A stretch of 64,000 nucleotides of DNA from Dicyema japonicum (lineage: Eukaryota > Animalia > Dicyemida), in assembly GCA_011109175.1 (NCBI GenBank), contig RDEW01000002.1, positions 1,953,413 through 2,017,412 of the forward strand, written 5' to 3'. Numbering within the stretch: position 1 is the first letter of the stretch; each line of letters opens with the position of its first letter. Positions 62,443 through 64,000 of the stretch are shown here, one piece after another. The position numbers and the translations under genes were made by a program. The notes under the pieces are model-generated. The model was not told where the DNA came from, searched no databases, and saw nothing but the letters and a program-made list of their open reading frames with translations.

Positions 62443-64000
62443 CATATATAATAATTTTTTTTTATTATAAGGAAAAAGAATAGTTAATTTTAATTTTAAT
62501 TATTCAGCTGTTGGGAGATGCATAAGCTATTCCCACGAACAACAGCCAACGAGAGCCTCTCTTTGAGTCATCTCGTCTCACGAAGATCACCAGTTTTNAA
62601 AATCGATAAAAATGGCAAATTTCAGAATTGGCAAATTTAAGAGTGGCATATTTGAAAGAGTTTACTGCATATATAATAATTAAAAAATTAAAATTGCAGT
62701 GTTGAAATAATTAAAAAAAAGTAAAGTTAAAAAAATTAACCTTACAATTTATTTTATTAACTTTATAATTTTTTAAAATATAAAGGGAGAACGTTTATAA
62801 ATAATGAAAAAAATGAATTTGTTTAAAATTTAACTTTATTAACTTTATCACCCCCTAATTATAGTATATCATAAATTTGATAATGGTGATTATTACACAA
62901 GATCATATTAACTCCCATCCTACAACTTTGACAGATGATGATCTTCCAAGTTCTATCAATTTTTGGTGGACATTCGAAAATGGATCCTAGGTGTACCAGA
63001 TGCTTTCTTTCGTCATAACTTTGAGTTTCCAACTAGGACGTNTTAACTTTATTAACTTTATCACCCCCTAATTATAGTATATCATAAATTTGATAATGGT
63101 GATTATTACACAAGATCATATTAACTCCCATCCTACAACTTTGACAGATGATGATCTTCCAAGTTCTATCAATTTTTGGTGGACATTCGAAAATGGATCC
63201 TAGGTGTACCAGATGCTTTCTTTTGTCATAACTTTGAGTTTCCAACTAAGACGTCATTTCTTCTATGTTTGCAAGAAGTTTGATTCTTCCATAATAAAGC
63301 AAAGTAGACATTTCGTCAATAAAGTTAAATCGACGCCTCAACCATCTGAAGCCCTTGAAATCATACATGCAAATGGCAATTCCTTTGCTCTGTCCGGTTT
63401 AATATGTCTCGAGTCCGTCACGTCGCCCATGCTCATGGGAAAAATAAAACAAGTGCTTTCATACAGTAATTTCTCTTTCAACTATAAAATTGCCATATTT
63501 TGCTCATAAACACTCTAAATTTCATTCTTTATTATCATTAATGTCAATCAGACTTTTAATTTGACGGAAAATCGTCTACTAACGCCGAACTGAGGTTTCT
63601 AAAAAGTCGTAAGTCATCTACTAACGCCGAACTGAAGTTTCGTTGTCGTCCCGAAACATGGGAAGTATTTAATTTTTCGCAGTTGTTGCATATGGGAATT
63701 TTTGCATTCTCTTCCATGATCTGTATGGAGAATAATTGGAGATCCAATTATGCAAAAAAATGCATTCAGGATTCGACATATCTTATTTGCAGATTTGCTA
63801 ACTACACTTTTACCACACCACTTTTCTACAATCTGTTAATTATACTGCATAATAATTACCCAGGAATAATTTTCATTTTGTGTGGAATATCACCTTACAT
63901 CGACAAGATCTACAATGTCTAGCCCATAAGCAATAATACCATAATTACTGGTTTATTCGCAAGCATTCGTTTAGACAATAAGAATTAATAATTTCCCTGA

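Noticed and set aside
63150-63540. Possible CRAL-TRIO/Sec14-like fragment (KGIAICMYDFKGF, minus strand)
   Set aside because: One short motif among stops; no consistent spliced model could be built.

Overview
AT-rich, gappy draft assembly of a eukaryotic nuclear region. SH2, FERM (band 4.1-type), TAF6 and Elongin C genes point to an animal. The ORF track misses the real gene structures because every host gene is split by extremely short GT-AG introns of 21-28 nt (about 35 reconstructed by hand, each gene then giving a frame-consistent, homolog-sized protein). That intron size suggests a reduced parasite such as a dicyemid or myxozoan (inference only). Host genes: CZIB/UPF0587, Elongin C, three intact pyruvate-dehydrogenase-phosphatase-like PP2C paralogs, one intact and two dead FERM-only genes, TAF6, an SH3-like/SH2 protein, an aldo-keto reductase and one possible orphan membrane gene. 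The rest is mostly transposon debris: RTE, Jockey/I-like, R4/Dong-like and CRE-like non-LTR elements, a tRNA-derived SINE, pogo/Tigger, MULE, hAT, Ginger-like, Helitron and possibly gypsy. Best leads: (1) an amplified PDP-like family in which all three intact copies share a metal-ligand Asp-to-Lys change and apparently lack the mitochondrial presequence, duplicated as a cassette with a FERM gene; (2) the micro-intron system, which also occurs in two DNA transposases; (3) a SINE with a conserved multi-hairpin core and an RTE-like 3' end; (4) a 2A-like peptide in a LINE. All family assignments are from motif recognition, without database searches. Many apparent tandem duplications flank a single N and are treated as assembly artefacts.
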